A stretch of DNA of 63,999 nt, filler included, from Octopus bimaculoides (GCF_001194135.2; 8 parts of 8 records of this genome joined end to end with filler, not necessarily neighbours in it), one strand, 5' to 3'; positions 49,863 to 62,895 are shown, counted from the whole stretch's first letter. Translations and numbers: made by a program. The notes: a model not told the origin generated them from the letters alone.

Positions 49863-50806
49863 AAAAAACATGTATGTACGGACGTATGTATGTATGTATG
49901 TATGTATGTATGTATGTATGTATGTATGTATGTATGTATGTATGTATGTATGTATGTATGTATGTATGGACGTATCCTATGACAATACAACTAGTGCTAC
50001 ACAAACTGATTACTATAAATATTAATTATTCGATATATAAAGCAAATTATTTTCAATTCGTTTGCAAAAACAATACTTGTATAACTTAATAAATGGATAA
50101 TTATTTGGCTTTTAGAAACATGCAATTATCCGTCACTTTTAACCTAATATATATATTCTGTAAATAATAATATTTTATAGGCTTAAAGCTTATAAGCGAT
50201 CACCGTGTATTGACTAAAGAAAATAGTCTAATAATGGGGTATATAAGCCCTCTGGTGAGCGCAGGGTTACATGACCGGATTGTTACCTAACACTCCGTTG
50301 AATTCCTAGCGTGAAACCGATTGGTAAGATCGTAATGGATATATAATATTCTACACTTCGGATAGATTTATGGACTCTTAGACGACTTACACATTTACAT
50401 ATGTGTATGTGTACATATACATACATATATATNNNNNNNNNNNNNNNNNNNNNNNNNNNNNNNNNNNNNNNNNNNNNNNNNNNNNNNNNNNNNNNNNNNN
50501 NNNNNNNNNNNNNNNNNNNNNNNNNNNNNNNNNNNNNNNNNNNNNNNNNNNNNNNNNNNNNNNNNNNNNNNNNNNNNNNNNNNNNNNNNNNNNNNNNNNN
50601 NNNNNNNNNNNNNNNNNNNNNNNNNNNNNNNNNNNNNNNNNNNNNNNNNNNNNNNNNNNNNNNNNNNNNNNNNNNNNNNNNNNNNNNNNNNNNNNNNNNN
50701 NNNNNNNNNNNNNNNNNNNNNNNNNNNNNNNNNNNNNNNNNNNNNNNNNNNNNNNNNNNNNNNNNNNNNNNNNNNNNNNNNNNNNNNNNNNNNNNNNNNN
50801 NNNNNN

Positions 50807-50843
<37 letters not shown>

Positions 50844-51302
50844 TTGTTTCACAAATAACGCTATTAAGTTTACGTGTTGTGTTTGAAGCGGAATATTTAA
50901 AAATATATAGTCGTCATGCAGCAAAAATCATTCTGCTATTCATTACATCCCATTATAGCATGCGCGTGAGTGTACCATACTGTACTTTTGCTTCTAACCT
51001 CTGGCGATTGAGTTAATTTATAGGAAGATATTTTATTTCCTGTAAATCCATGAAATAGTAATATTGATATATAAATATATATATATGTGTATGTGTGTGT
51101 GTGTCTGTGTGTGTGTATCCATGTAAGTAAATATATATATATATATAATATATATATATATATGGTATTATAGTGAAGTAACCCCATAAACCGGTGTCTC
51201 CCTCTATAATATTTACTGCTCTACAGTGTGCTTCTCCTCTGGATTTATGCATTTCTACAAACGATCCTATAAATTAAAGCGTGTGTGTATATAAATATAT
51301 AA

Positions 51303-51380
<78 letters not shown>

Positions 51381-52197
51381 GTGTTTGTGTGTGTATACAC
51401 TGTGTAAATATGAGGCTAAAAAATTAAAACAATTTATTACCAGTGAATTCGCATGCGTAATAAAAGTCATAAGAAACATATTTTTATATATGAGTGTATA
51501 AAGATTTATGCACACAGAAAAGACTCTTGGCAGGACTGCTTACAAGATAAAAAGGGCAGTTAAATCCAAACCACGAAGAAAGTATTCTAAGGCACGCTGT
51601 TAATGGCACTAGATTGAACAGAATAAAAAATTAGTTAATCCCATACTTGAGTTTTTTATAATTTTGTTCCCCCAGTGTATAAATCTGTATACATTCTTAT
51701 ATACAAAAATATATTATGTCTCATGACTTTTATTACACATGCTAACCACTGGTAATAAATTATTAAAATTTTTTTTACTCTAATATTTGCACAGTAAAAT
51801 TTTCCAATTCGAAGGCCATATAGTACACAGTTTAAATTTATTTACTGCTGGACTATTTGACTACGCTTACACACTAAATTTGAATCTATAATCTATAAAG
51901 ATGGTGCTGTCTTGCGCACGTGTTTTCGGTACGTATTAAAGCTACATAATTATGCATTCTTTAGCGATCGCACTGACAAGCTACAGATGCCAAATTAATT
52001 TATTTGGTCATTAATAGCAAAACTTGAGTATGAGATTAACTCATTCTTTTATTTTGTCCACTCTACTACCATTAACAGTGTGCCTTAGAATTCTTTCTTC
52101 GTAGTTTGGGTTTAACTGCTCTGTTTAGCATGTAAGAAGTCCTGTCAAGGGTCTTCTCTCTGTGTATAAATCTTAATTCACTCTTATGTATATATAT

Positions 52198-52250
<53 letters not shown>

Positions 52251-52618
52251 NNNNNNNNNNNNNNNNNNNNNNNNNNNNNNNNNNNNNNNNNNNNNNNNNN
52301 NNNNNNNNNNNNNNNNNNNNNNNNNNNNNNNNNNNNNNNNNNNNNNNNNNNNNNNNNNNNNNNNNNNNNNNNNNNNNNNNNNNNNNNNNNNNNNNNNNNN
52401 NNNNNNNNNNNNNNNNNNNNNNNNNNNNNNNNNNNNNNNNNNNNNNNNNNNNNNNNNNNNNNNNNNNNNNNNNNNNNNNNNNNNNNNNNNNNNNNNNNNN
52501 NNNNNNNNNNNNNNNNNNNNNNNNNNNNNNNNNNNNNNNNNNNNNNNNNNNNNNNNNNNNNNNNNNNNNNNNNNNNNNNNNNNNNNNNNNNNNNNNNNNN
52601 NNNNNNNNNNNNNNNNNN

Positions 52619-52661
<43 letters not shown>

Positions 52662-53118
52662 TGCTGTTTATGGTTGTATAAATGCATTCAACGGTACAAC
52701 CCACTTAACTGTTTTATGGCAATAGACGTATGTACGCACATTTGTATCCATGTGTGCATGTGTGTTTATGTGTGTGTATGTATATTATATGGATGTATAT
52801 ATGAATCTAAATATGTACACTCAACATACATATTATGGTATTGTTTCAATACTATGCTGTACCACAAAATTTATTTATAGATTTTATCGAATATGACATA
52901 TAATAGTAAAATGTACAAACACCCTCTTTCTATAAGTTATATCTTCTTGGACGCAGAAGCAAAAAGCAAAATCAACCGGGCTAGTACGCACTTTCACTAT
53001 ACGCAGAGATAGTTCTTACAAACTTTAAACAGAAGTTGTGTATCTATTACATACAATGCTGGCTAAAAAACATAGATATGTCTTCTCGTACCGTTTATAC
53101 ATACATACATATACATAC

Positions 53119-53169
<51 letters not shown>

Positions 53170-53269
53170 NNNNNNNNNNNNNNNNNNNNNNNNNNNNNNN
53201 NNNNNNNNNNNNNTTAATTAATTAANNNNNNNNNNNNNNNNNNNNNNNNNNNNNNNNNNNNNNNNNNNN

Positions 53270-53490
53270 TATGTGATCTCAAATTTTAAAACAAACACAT
53301 AATTTTCTTATGGTTTCTTAAACATTCTCTAGAACAACACTATGTACAAATCCAAATATATGGTACCCTAGGCATAACACCTACATGAACTTCTAACTTG
53401 TTGTCTCTTGAGGTCTCTGGGTGAGACTTGGATCCAACTTGTACAAATGCAAAACAAAAGTCAAACATAAAATAATAATAATAATAATAA
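53270..53490 (+). mobile_element. 3' UTR of a second R4/Dong-like copy followed by (AAT)n
   Basis: About 90% identical to 47028-47230. Confidence 0.85.
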
Positions 53491-53499
53491 TAGTAATAA

Positions 53500-53640
53500 C
53501 ATCGAAAAATACCTTAGGAATGAGAACCCAGGTTCGAAATTTTCCCCAAGACATCTGAAGAAAGCTGGGGGTACATCAGCCGAAACATTGTGTTAACAAT
53601 AAACAAGATGGGGACAAATATCCATCAAATGTAAATAATG
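53500..53640 (+). ncRNA. Short element with a minimal hammerhead-ribozyme-like motif (Penelope-type)
   Basis: GACAT-CTGAAGA-A-AGCTG(GGGGTACAT)CAGCC-GAAAC-ATT-GTGTT at 53550-53594. Confidence 0.5.
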
Positions 53641-54622
53641 TTCACAGAATCATTGATGAGAATTCAAAACCAACAAGACCTGAGAGAGGAAAGCCTCACA
53701 ATCCAGAATCATGGACAGTGGAGAAAAGTCACCAATGACCTCTGCTTCATAGGGAGCAAAGGGTTTAAATAAGTAAAGAAGTAACAGGAGCAGAGAGAAG
53801 AGATATTGCACCAAAGGACCAAAGGTTGGTGTGTGTCTGTGAGTGAATATATATCAATCAACCAGAAGGCAATTTGCTCTGTATGATGTAGGATATCTGT
53901 ATGTGCAGTAGCAGTAGCACCATCCCACATGTGAGAGCACTTCGTCATTGTGAGCCCCTTATAGCAGCAGTAAATGAATAAAGTAAATAAAGTGGACTCT
54001 TAATGAAAAATAGTAGTTAAGGCATTAAGTCTGTTTTTTTAACAGTTTGTGTCACTTAAGTGCTTTTAAAAAGAATTCAGAAATTATCAATTAATTTGTT
54101 GGTCCATTGATCAGTCAATTCATTGATCACATGAACTGAGCCTATTGATACTGGCTAAATAGATTCTCTAAATTTAAATAGTTTTATCTATCAGAACTTA
54201 AGTATTTTGGGACTTTCATGTGGAGTGGGGTGATAGATTTAGGTTTTAATCTATACACATACACCGACATGAATACACACAGATAAAAACACATAAACAC
54301 AATGTACATATACACATACATACACAGTTATACATACAGATACGGGGATATTACCCACACATAAATACACTTATGTACACATGAGCACATATACATACAT
54401 ATAGATAACAAAAACGATGTCACATTTTGAACTTGAGAAATGCTTCAAATATTTTTACTCTTCTAATTATAGATTACATTTGTGATGAGCGTGTTAGCTG
54501 GTTGAGTTTTTGCTGAAAACCCCAACTTACCCATATTGTCACTTAAGCATTTACAAGCAAAACCAAGTGCACCAATTATCATTGGTATGAATGTGAATTT
54601 ATAATTTGGATATGTATGTCTG

Positions 54623-54654
<32 letters not shown>

Positions 54655-54672
54655 AATGAATGTATGTATGTG

Positions 54673-55057
54673 TGGAGACGCAATGGCCCAGTGGTTAGGG
54701 CAGTGGACACACAGTCATAGGATTGTGGCTTCAATTCCCAGACCAGGCGATGTGAGTGTTTATTGAGCGAAAACACCTAAAAGTTCCACAAGGCTCTGGC
54801 AGGGGATGGTGGCGAACTCTGCTGTACTCTTTCACCACAACTTTCTCTCACTCTTACTTCCTGTTTCTGCTGTGCCTGTAATTCAAAGGGTCAGCCTTGT
54901 CACACTGTGTCACGCTGAATATCCCCGAGAACTACATTAAGGGTACACGTGTCTGTGGAGTGCTCAGCCACTTGCATGTTAATTTCACAAGCAGGTTGTT
55001 CCGTTGATCGGATCAACTGGAACCCTCGACGTCATAAGCAACGGAGTGCCAACAACA
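54673..55057 (+). mobile_element. SINE family D full copy
   Basis: tRNA-like head TGGCCCAGTGGTTAGGGC..TTCAATTCCC and CAACAACA tail. Confidence 0.85.
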
Positions 55058-55350
55058 TGTATGTATGTATGCATGCATATTTGTGAGTTTGCTTTCTCCT
55101 TTTAGTTTAGAGTTAATTTTGACCAGCTCAGTAGCAAGGGTGTGAAAGAAAATATCTTGTTTTGTTCATTATCCTTTAAATCTTAAAATGGTCATGCAGA
55201 TTTTATTGTCCCAGCTATCATGATCATTTGTACTGTATGAATTAAGGAGTTGCATTCAAGTCCAGCCATACTTTGCTCCAGTCAGGTTGGTTTGTATCCT
55301 ATTGCTCCAATAATGATACATAGGAGAGTACATATGTATGTTTGTATGTA

Positions 55351-55975
55351 CGAGGGTAAGTCAAAAATTATCCGCACTTTCACCACAACATATCTTTATT
55401 ACTGTCACACTGCCTTCTGCGTATGCGAGCTTATAGTTGATACTATTGTGGTCATATCATCAAAGTTTTAGCCTGATTGCACCATCTTTCTTTCTGGCTT
55501 TACAATGCAAGCATGGCTGCTCCACTAGCAATGAGCCCCAAAGAAGAACAAAGAGCAGTGATCTGATTTCTCTGGAGAAACAGTGCAAGATACAGTCCTT
55601 TGCTGGCTGACAAACTGAAGCCAGCAATTCACACCAAACGCAGAAGACTATAGTTGGAGAAAGTTTTGTTGTTGCATGACAATGCACTCACAGACGGTTG
55701 AACCCATTAACCGATTGGGTTATAGGTGCTGGAACAGCCTGCCTACAACCAAGATCTTACCCCTTCTGACTATTATATCTGTGGACCACTCAAAGGTGGT
55801 TTATGGGGTTGTCAATTTCCTACAGATGAAGATGTGAAGGAAGCGGTGCACCGTTGGACCAAGTGCATTGAAAAGGAAGGAGACTGTATAGAAAAATGAC
55901 ATAATTATTTATCCCTTGTTTTTGTGTAAATACATTGAAAATACAAGAGTGCATATAATTTTTTACTCTCCCTCA
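55351..55975 (+). mobile_element. Internally deleted mariner (DD34D) element with TIRs and TA TSD
   Basis: TA|CGAGGGTAAGTCAAAAATTATCCGCACT ... AGTGCATATAATTTTTTACTCTCCCTCA|TA; remnants LHDNA, PAYNQDLTPSDY, FPTDEDVKEAV, WTKCIEKEGD. Confidence 0.85.
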
Positions 55976-56312
55976 TATATATGTATTTTTATGCATATAT
56001 CTTAGTAACTTCCCTATTTTTAACACTAATATATCAATGTACTGTGTCTAACAACAACAACAACACAAAAAATAAAACAACAGCAACAATAACAAAGCAA
56101 AATCTATTCCACTCCACTTCTATTGTTTGCAAGTCTTTCATCTGTAACAGGAAAAGTACAACAGAAATCTATACACCTATATTTCAATGTCATGCCTCCA
56201 TTTTTACAATTGATGTGTTTCTCTTAGCAACTAGATTTAGTTTGATCTCAGATAATCACTAGAATTTGAAGAGACTAACAGTGGTCAACATCTGTTTGGA
56301 AAAGGTCAGTAT

Positions 56313-56391
<79 letters not shown>

Positions 56392-56649
56392 CATGTATAC
56401 ATGTGTGTGTGTGTGTGCGTTCATGCGTGCATGTGTGTGTGCATTGTGTGCATGCATATGATGGACTCCCTTTGTTGAAGATGGCATATGAGTGTTGTTC
56501 AATATTTGTTGAACAACTTGTACAAGTGATTTGTTTATAGTCATCAAATGCTTGTGCCACTCATTAGCTCACTCTCTCCATTAAACTGTCATTGTCTGAA
56601 CAGGTGCACAGTGTACCATGCATCAGGTACTGAACTCATCGCAGAGCAA

Positions 56650-56764
56650 GGTGATGTGAGATTAAATGTTTTGCTCAAGAATGCAATGCACCACCCAGTC
56701 TAGGTGTTCAAATCATGTTTGTGAGGGCAACGCCCTAACCGCTTAGCCACGTGCCCTCACACAA

Positions 56765-56795
<31 letters not shown>

Positions 56796-56960
56796 CATAT
56801 ACATACGACGACCTTCTTTCAGTTTCCGTCTACCAAATCCACTCGCAAGGCTTTGGTCGGCCACAGGCTATAGTAGAAGACACTTGCCCAAGGTGCCACA
56901 CAGTGGGACTGAACCCGGAACCATGTGGTTGGTAAGCAAGCTACTTACTACACAGCCACT
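56650..56960 (-). mobile_element. SINE family E head (56650-56760) and SINE family A head (56805-56960), antisense
   Basis: Match to other copies in the window. Confidence 0.7.
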
Positions 56961-57000
56961 ATACACACATATATATACAAACACACACATACATATATAT

Positions 57001-57056
<56 letters not shown>

Positions 57057-57459
57057 TACATATAGTAATAATAATAATGACAATCCTTGGATGGAATTTC
57101 GAAATGTTTCCTATAAACGAACTTAAAGGATATATTGAGTCATCCCATAAATAATGCATATTTTTTTTCCATTGCGTAAACCAAAAGTCAGAGGGGTATG
57201 GGATAAACTTCTTGCATCAACTTGCTATAAAAGCAGGTAGTAATTTTACCTTCTCCTTATTCTTAGTGAAAGTGTTGAAGAGTGCAGTTCAGTTTAACAG
57301 TTATTTTTTTAAAGCTATAATGGAAGTGACAAAGGAGCAAATTTGGCATATTTTAATTTATGAAAATGACACACTCACATCTCATTTTAATAGATATATT
57401 TACCAAAATGACGTAAAAATATCTTGAAATACTAAAGAGTAAATATATACACATAATAA

Positions 57460-57930
57460 TTAAGGGGGTTGCAGTCTGGGGAGTTAGGTGGCAAGATGTT
57501 GGGGGTGATGTGGTTGCAAAAATTGTCTGACAGCCATGACTAAGTTCTCCTGCTTGTGCGGCACGGTGCAGAGTCCTGTTGTCAAACATAGGGTCTTCCA
57601 GCAGCCACCCTCTTGACCAAGGACCGCACTACCTCCTTCAGGCACTTGATGTAGGCCTCCGTATTGAGTCTGAGGCCATGTGGGAAGATGAATGGAGGAA
57701 TAATGTCGCCATCACTAGTGATCACTCCAAACACTGTGAAGTTGACTGGATGTTTGATTTTTATAACTCTCAGTACATGTCCTCAGATTGACACCCAGAC
57801 TCTGAAATGTTTGCAATGGAAATTCTGGCGCAAATACCAAACAGTACAGTATGTCGTTTCCAAAATCCTGGCAGCGTGAATTGTGACATGATGCTGTTTT
57901 CACACAGATGGTACCCAACTGACCCTTCTA
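57460..57930 (-). mobile_element. maT/DD37D-type Tc1-mariner remnant
   Basis: VFGVITSDGDIIPPFIF..NTEAYIKCL..PYV*QQDSAPC..WLSDNF..PPNSPDCNPL. Confidence 0.75.
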
Positions 57931-58107
57931 TAGTGCGTAGACAACAAAATCAAAAAAGAACAATGTGCATGCACAAGATTTAAAATACAAAAAGATACCT
58001 TTAATTATAATTTTAATAATTAGTACCTATAAGGTTTTTATTCCCATACTGGCCACTTGATATGATTGGTATCTTAAATAATGATTTTCTCCTTATATAT
58101 ATAAAAA

Positions 58108-58150
<43 letters not shown>

Positions 58151-59574
58151 GCATGCACACACACATGCACACACTCATATATATATATAGATATATATTA
58201 TTAAAAAATAGGGTAAAAAATCATATATTAATTAATATCGATTAATTACCAGGAAGCTAGCACATTTAAAGAATCAAAGAGATTCAGAAACAGTATCTGC
58301 AATCTCAGGGGATTAAAGTACATTTTTATAAATGACGTTGACCACTAACGTGCACATTCAATGTGCTAGAAATAGATCACATCTTGTGTCGAATAAGACC
58401 TGAATTGTTCTCAACATGAAATATAGCGTGATACCAAAACGTTAGCGGGCAAGACATTTAAAAAAAATCACCGAAAAAAATTATTATTAAACAGGGATGG
58501 TTTCAAAATTTAACAATCTTACCGACTTTCTATTTCTCTATATATGTATGTATGTATCATCATCATCATCATCGTTTAACGTCCGCTTTCCATGCTAAAA
58601 TAAAAATAAATGCGCCCTTTTTAAAGCCTAGCCAAGCTCATGGGCCCAGTTTCCCGGGTTTCAATGGCATATGTGTTCCCCAGCTGGACGGCATGCCAGT
58701 CCATCGCAGCATTACTCATTTTTATATATGTATATATATATATGTGTATATATATATANNNNNNNNNNNNNNNNNNNNNNNNNNNNNNNNNNNNNNNNNN
58801 NNTTAATTAATTAANNNNNNNNNNNNNNNNNNNNNNNNNNNNNNNNNNNNNNNNNNNNAGATCTGCCTCCTGGCGGTGGATGGTGGCCTTGGAAGAGATG
58901 AGGTATGTTGTTGATATCAGATAAATATCAGATGTGTGTATAGGGCACGGAAGGAGGTGCTGGAGGAGGAGGAGGAGGAGGAGGAGGAGGAGGAGGAGAG
59001 GATCAGATGTGTATCAGTGACAAACAGGCTGAAGGAAGAAGAAAGTAAGAGAGCGAGAGAGTAAGAGGAAGAGAGAGGGAGGGAGGGAGAGAGGGAGGAC
59101 GGGTTAGATTTAGAGTGCATGAACGGTGTATATGTATGTGTGCGTTAATGTGTGTTTTAATCTCTGAGTGTATGTATGTGTGTGTGTGTCTGTGAGTGTA
59201 CATCTGTGCTATTTGTATGAGAAAAACAAGATGCGAGATATACATGTAAGTAAGTATGCCTAGATGTGTGTGTGTGTGATTATTCAGTTTCACTTCAATA
59301 TTTCTTGCCAATAAAGAACTGGTTTCTAAGCTTGATCCAAGACTCATTCTTTGGAATTTCAACATCAACAACAGGGTATTTTTGTATGTATGTATGTATG
59401 GCTTGTCTCTGGATAATGTCAAGAAAGTGGAGATGGTCTATGAGGTGTTGTGCAAGCCTCATTGGACCTAAAACTCAGCTCAGGGATTGCCGACCTCTGG
59501 TTCCTGAAGGTCGGCAATGGTCTTCCTCGGTCACGTGTGGACGGCCATCATTTATGTATGTATGTATGTATGTA

Positions 59575-59709
59575 TGAGCAGATTTGTATGTTTTATGTAT
59601 GTATTCTCATGCATAAAAGTTGCATATCTAGACATGCTCGTATATATTTAAATGATAAACTTCTGGAAAAGTTTATCCATGTATGTACGTACGTATGCAT
59701 GTATGCATG

Positions 59710-59743
<34 letters not shown>

Positions 59744-60345
59744 TGTATGTATGTGCAAATTTGTATGTATGTATGTATGTATTCTCATGCATATATTTGC
59801 ATATCTACACATGCTCATATATACATTTAAATGATAAACTACTGGAAAGTTTCACAGATCTTTAAATAGCTTTCTCCTTTCTGGTTTTGAGAAGCCTAAT
59901 TTCTCAGGATTGGTATTTAGGCAGTGTGTTACATATCCCTGGGCCCCAATAATTATGGGTATAAACCTAAACTTGTAATCTGGATAGAGTAAATGATGAT
60001 TCCTTAATAGTTCAGCATAGGTGTTCTCTTTGTCACTGATCTTCAGCTTTATGCTGACATCCGATGGGCAACTAATTTCCACAACTGTGCACAGTTTCTC
60101 TTCTCTTATCCCAAACCATTATATCAGGTCTGTTTTGTTTACATTTAACTGAGGTCTTCACGGGAACATTCCACCAGTATTTTTTTTATTATGAGTGGTT
60201 GTTCCTTCATTGCAAACTCATACCCTTCAAAGTGGCAGGTAGCAATCCGGTTATTGGTCCATGATAAACTGCTTTGATGATCGATGTTACTATCATCACG
60301 GAGCTTTTTACTAACTTATCCTTGCATAGTCTTCTGCTCATATAG
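59575..60345 (-). mobile_element. RLE-type LINE family 2, 5'-truncated copy plus a tandem 3'-end-only copy, tails in (TACA)n
   Basis: HFEGYEFA..YWWNVPVKTSVKCKQNRPDIMVWDK..VVEISCPSDV..KENTYAEL..IPIIIGAQG; 3' UTR present twice (59575-59672 and about 59750-59850). Confidence 0.8.
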
Positions 60346-60374
60346 GCTCGTGTGTATGTAAGTATGATAATTAA

Positions 60375-60585
60375 TTATACTCTAGGCACAAGGCCTTGAA
60401 AACTTTGAGGGAAGGGGGATAGTCGATTACATCGACCCCAGTGCGTAACTGGTACTTGTTTCATCGACCCGGAAAGTATGATAGGCAAAGTCGACCTCGG
60501 CGGAATTTGAACTGAGAACGTAACGGCAGACGATATACCGCTAAGCGTTTCGCCCGGTGTGCGAACGATTCTGCCAGCTCGCCGC
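60375..60585 (-). mobile_element. SINE family B full copy, antisense
   Basis: Reverse complement of 1561-1775. Confidence 0.8.
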
Positions 60586-61569
60586 TTTTACGTAAGTACG
60601 ATAATGGCACATATGTGTGTGAGTCACTCACTATACAGTGATCTATGGGCCGGACAGTTCTCACATCGTCTCAGTACATATAAAAATTCTTCGTTATGCA
60701 GCACACGCAGCAGCAAATAAATTGCATCAGCACCTATTGTTTATGAATGTCCCCTTTTAATAGATTTCTTTCTGCCTGAGTACTTCTTAACATGTTACAT
60801 TACTATGTGAAATGGGTGAATGGTGTGCAATTTTGTCACGTTGCAAGTACTCGACAAAGATATCGAGAGCCAAATACACTGCATTTTCATTTACTCTGAA
60901 CGAAATTGTTAAGTCTGCTGGATTATGGTCGGGCCAGGAGAATTCGGTACTGCCGGTTTTACGGTCAGGTGACCGGTGACTAAATGGGTTCTTCTTCCTG
61001 GCTTGCAGAGTAAGGAGAATGTTGTGGACTAAAAAATAAGACCTGTCAAAGAACGGATGAGCTTATTGTGAGCCAACGGTCATCCACACCAGTGGTGCCT
61101 CGTAAAAGACAATCTGAACGTCAGTTGAAAAACTGAGCAGCCAGTCTGAAATCGTAATAAAGAAAACTCTGATGGTAAAAAACAAAACAAAACATATTTT
61201 GCTCTCGAGTTGGAGTCGACGTCCACGAGTGATGTAACGGCGAGCAAGAAGCGGCTGCCGTGAGAATTGAGAAAAGTTGTGATAAAGCTTAAATGTAGTG
61301 GTTGTATTGTGATATTTGAAGAAAAAGCTTGTTGTGCACTGAGGTAGGCTGAACATCTTGCATCATTAATTTCAACTTTTTATTATTACTATTATTATTA
61401 TTAACCGCTTTGTTTCTGACCAGGTAAACTGACATCTGACTATTCAAAGAAGACTTAAAAAATAATTAGTGATTTCTCTTGAACAATTTTGTTCAAAGTT
61501 AATTTGGTATCGTGTTGTTATCAAGTACTTGCTGAAAAAACGTTTAGCCCCTTAGAACATTCATGCCGA

Positions 61570-61794
61570 CATTCATGCTGGGGACCAATTTCTCAGTGAT
61601 GATGGCGTTACATCTGCTTTTGATGACTGTTTTGACCAACAAGATGAAAGATGATAGAATCCAAGAACTGCCATACCGATGGTAGAAGCTGCGGACTACA
61701 AGGGGGAATATGCTGAAAAATAAACTTCATTTAGTCACATTCCATGAAAGTGTCTTGGTCAGTTTATCCTCGTAGGTTTTTAGCCGATCCTCGT
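61570..61794 (+). mobile_element. Mariner C-terminal and right-end remnant
   Basis: GDQFLSDDGV..FDQQDE..IQELPYRW..KGEYAEK*, ending CCTCGTA (twice). Confidence 0.6.
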
Positions 61795-61795
61795 A

Positions 61796-61859
61796 GGATC
61801 TTGGGTTTCGAATCCCCGAGGAAATATCTATTTCCTCGGGGATTCGAAACCCAAAATCC
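61796..61859. repeat. Near-perfect palindrome (26-bp perfect arms, 2-nt spacer)
   Basis: TTGGGTTTCGAATCCCCGAGGAAATA-TC-TATTTCCTCGGGGATTCGAAACCCAA (61801-61854), extendable to 31 bp with one mismatch. Confidence 0.95.
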
Positions 61860-62774
61860 ATTTTTGACCAGTGGAGTTGTATTTTTGGAAATTTGAACAA
61901 AGTCTTTTTAGAGATTCGAATGGTCTTTTACTTTCAATAGTCTTATGTGTTTCAAGTGCTTTTTGTCATTCGCAGCTCGTTCAGCAAGAGGTATATATTC
62001 TGACAGTTAATGTTGTATGCGTCCATGTTTCTTGGATTGTATGTTGATACGTAAGATAAAGTTTTGTGTGTCTAGGTGTTATCTTGTTTCTCGTAATCCT
62101 TGGTTGTCTATCGGTTTTTCACGTTCTATTCAGTTTTCGATAAAACTAACTGATTAATTTCTTTCAAGTAATATATTTTTACGCTCCTGGAGTCGTTTGT
62201 CACGTTTTTGAGATTAGATACAATCGAGCTAATTTTTCTTGACAAGTTAAAAGGTATATTGATTTTAATATACTTTGAGAATAATACATTATTTTGAGTC
62301 TGTTTGCTCAAAGTATTGAAATGTCCAAAAGAGGGTAGCAATTCGTGACTATATTTCATTGTAACTTAGATATTGTACATGTCATTGCCAGTCAATTTTC
62401 ACAATAGAATGCCCTCTCATTACACTTCAAACACGTTTTTAACATTCAAAAAAACTTTCCCATGTTCAAAGCTTACTCTGGTTCCGTTCATTACTTCTTA
62501 TGGGTTAAATCTATAAAGAAATCAAAATTGAGCTTTGTTTGTGACACTGTTTATTACTAGAGAGAGAGAGAGAGAGTTTACATTAGCACGTGACCTGTAG
62601 AGAGTCTTGGTGCTGGATCTTATAGCATATACATACACATACTTATAAATATATGTGTATGTATGTATGCATGCGTCTGTATGTATGCAGGCATGTGTAT
62701 GTATGTATGTATGTATGTATGTACGTACGTACGTACGTATCTATCTATCTATCTATCTATGTATATATACATGT

Positions 62775-62895
62775 GTGTGTACTCTTTTTTACTCTTTTAC
62801 TTGTTTCAGTCTTTTTACTGTGGCCATGCTGGAGCACCGCCTTTAGTCGAGTAAATCGACCCCAGGACTTATTCTTTGGAAGTCTAGTACTTATT
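62775..62895 (-). mobile_element. SINE family A tail, antisense, running into a gap
   Basis: Reverse complement of 22770-22875. Confidence 0.75.

Noticed and set aside
22481-55057. tRNA genes at A/B-box-like sequences
   Set aside because: They are heads of multi-copy SINEs without a full cloverleaf; likewise the degenerate box pair near 48168-48225.
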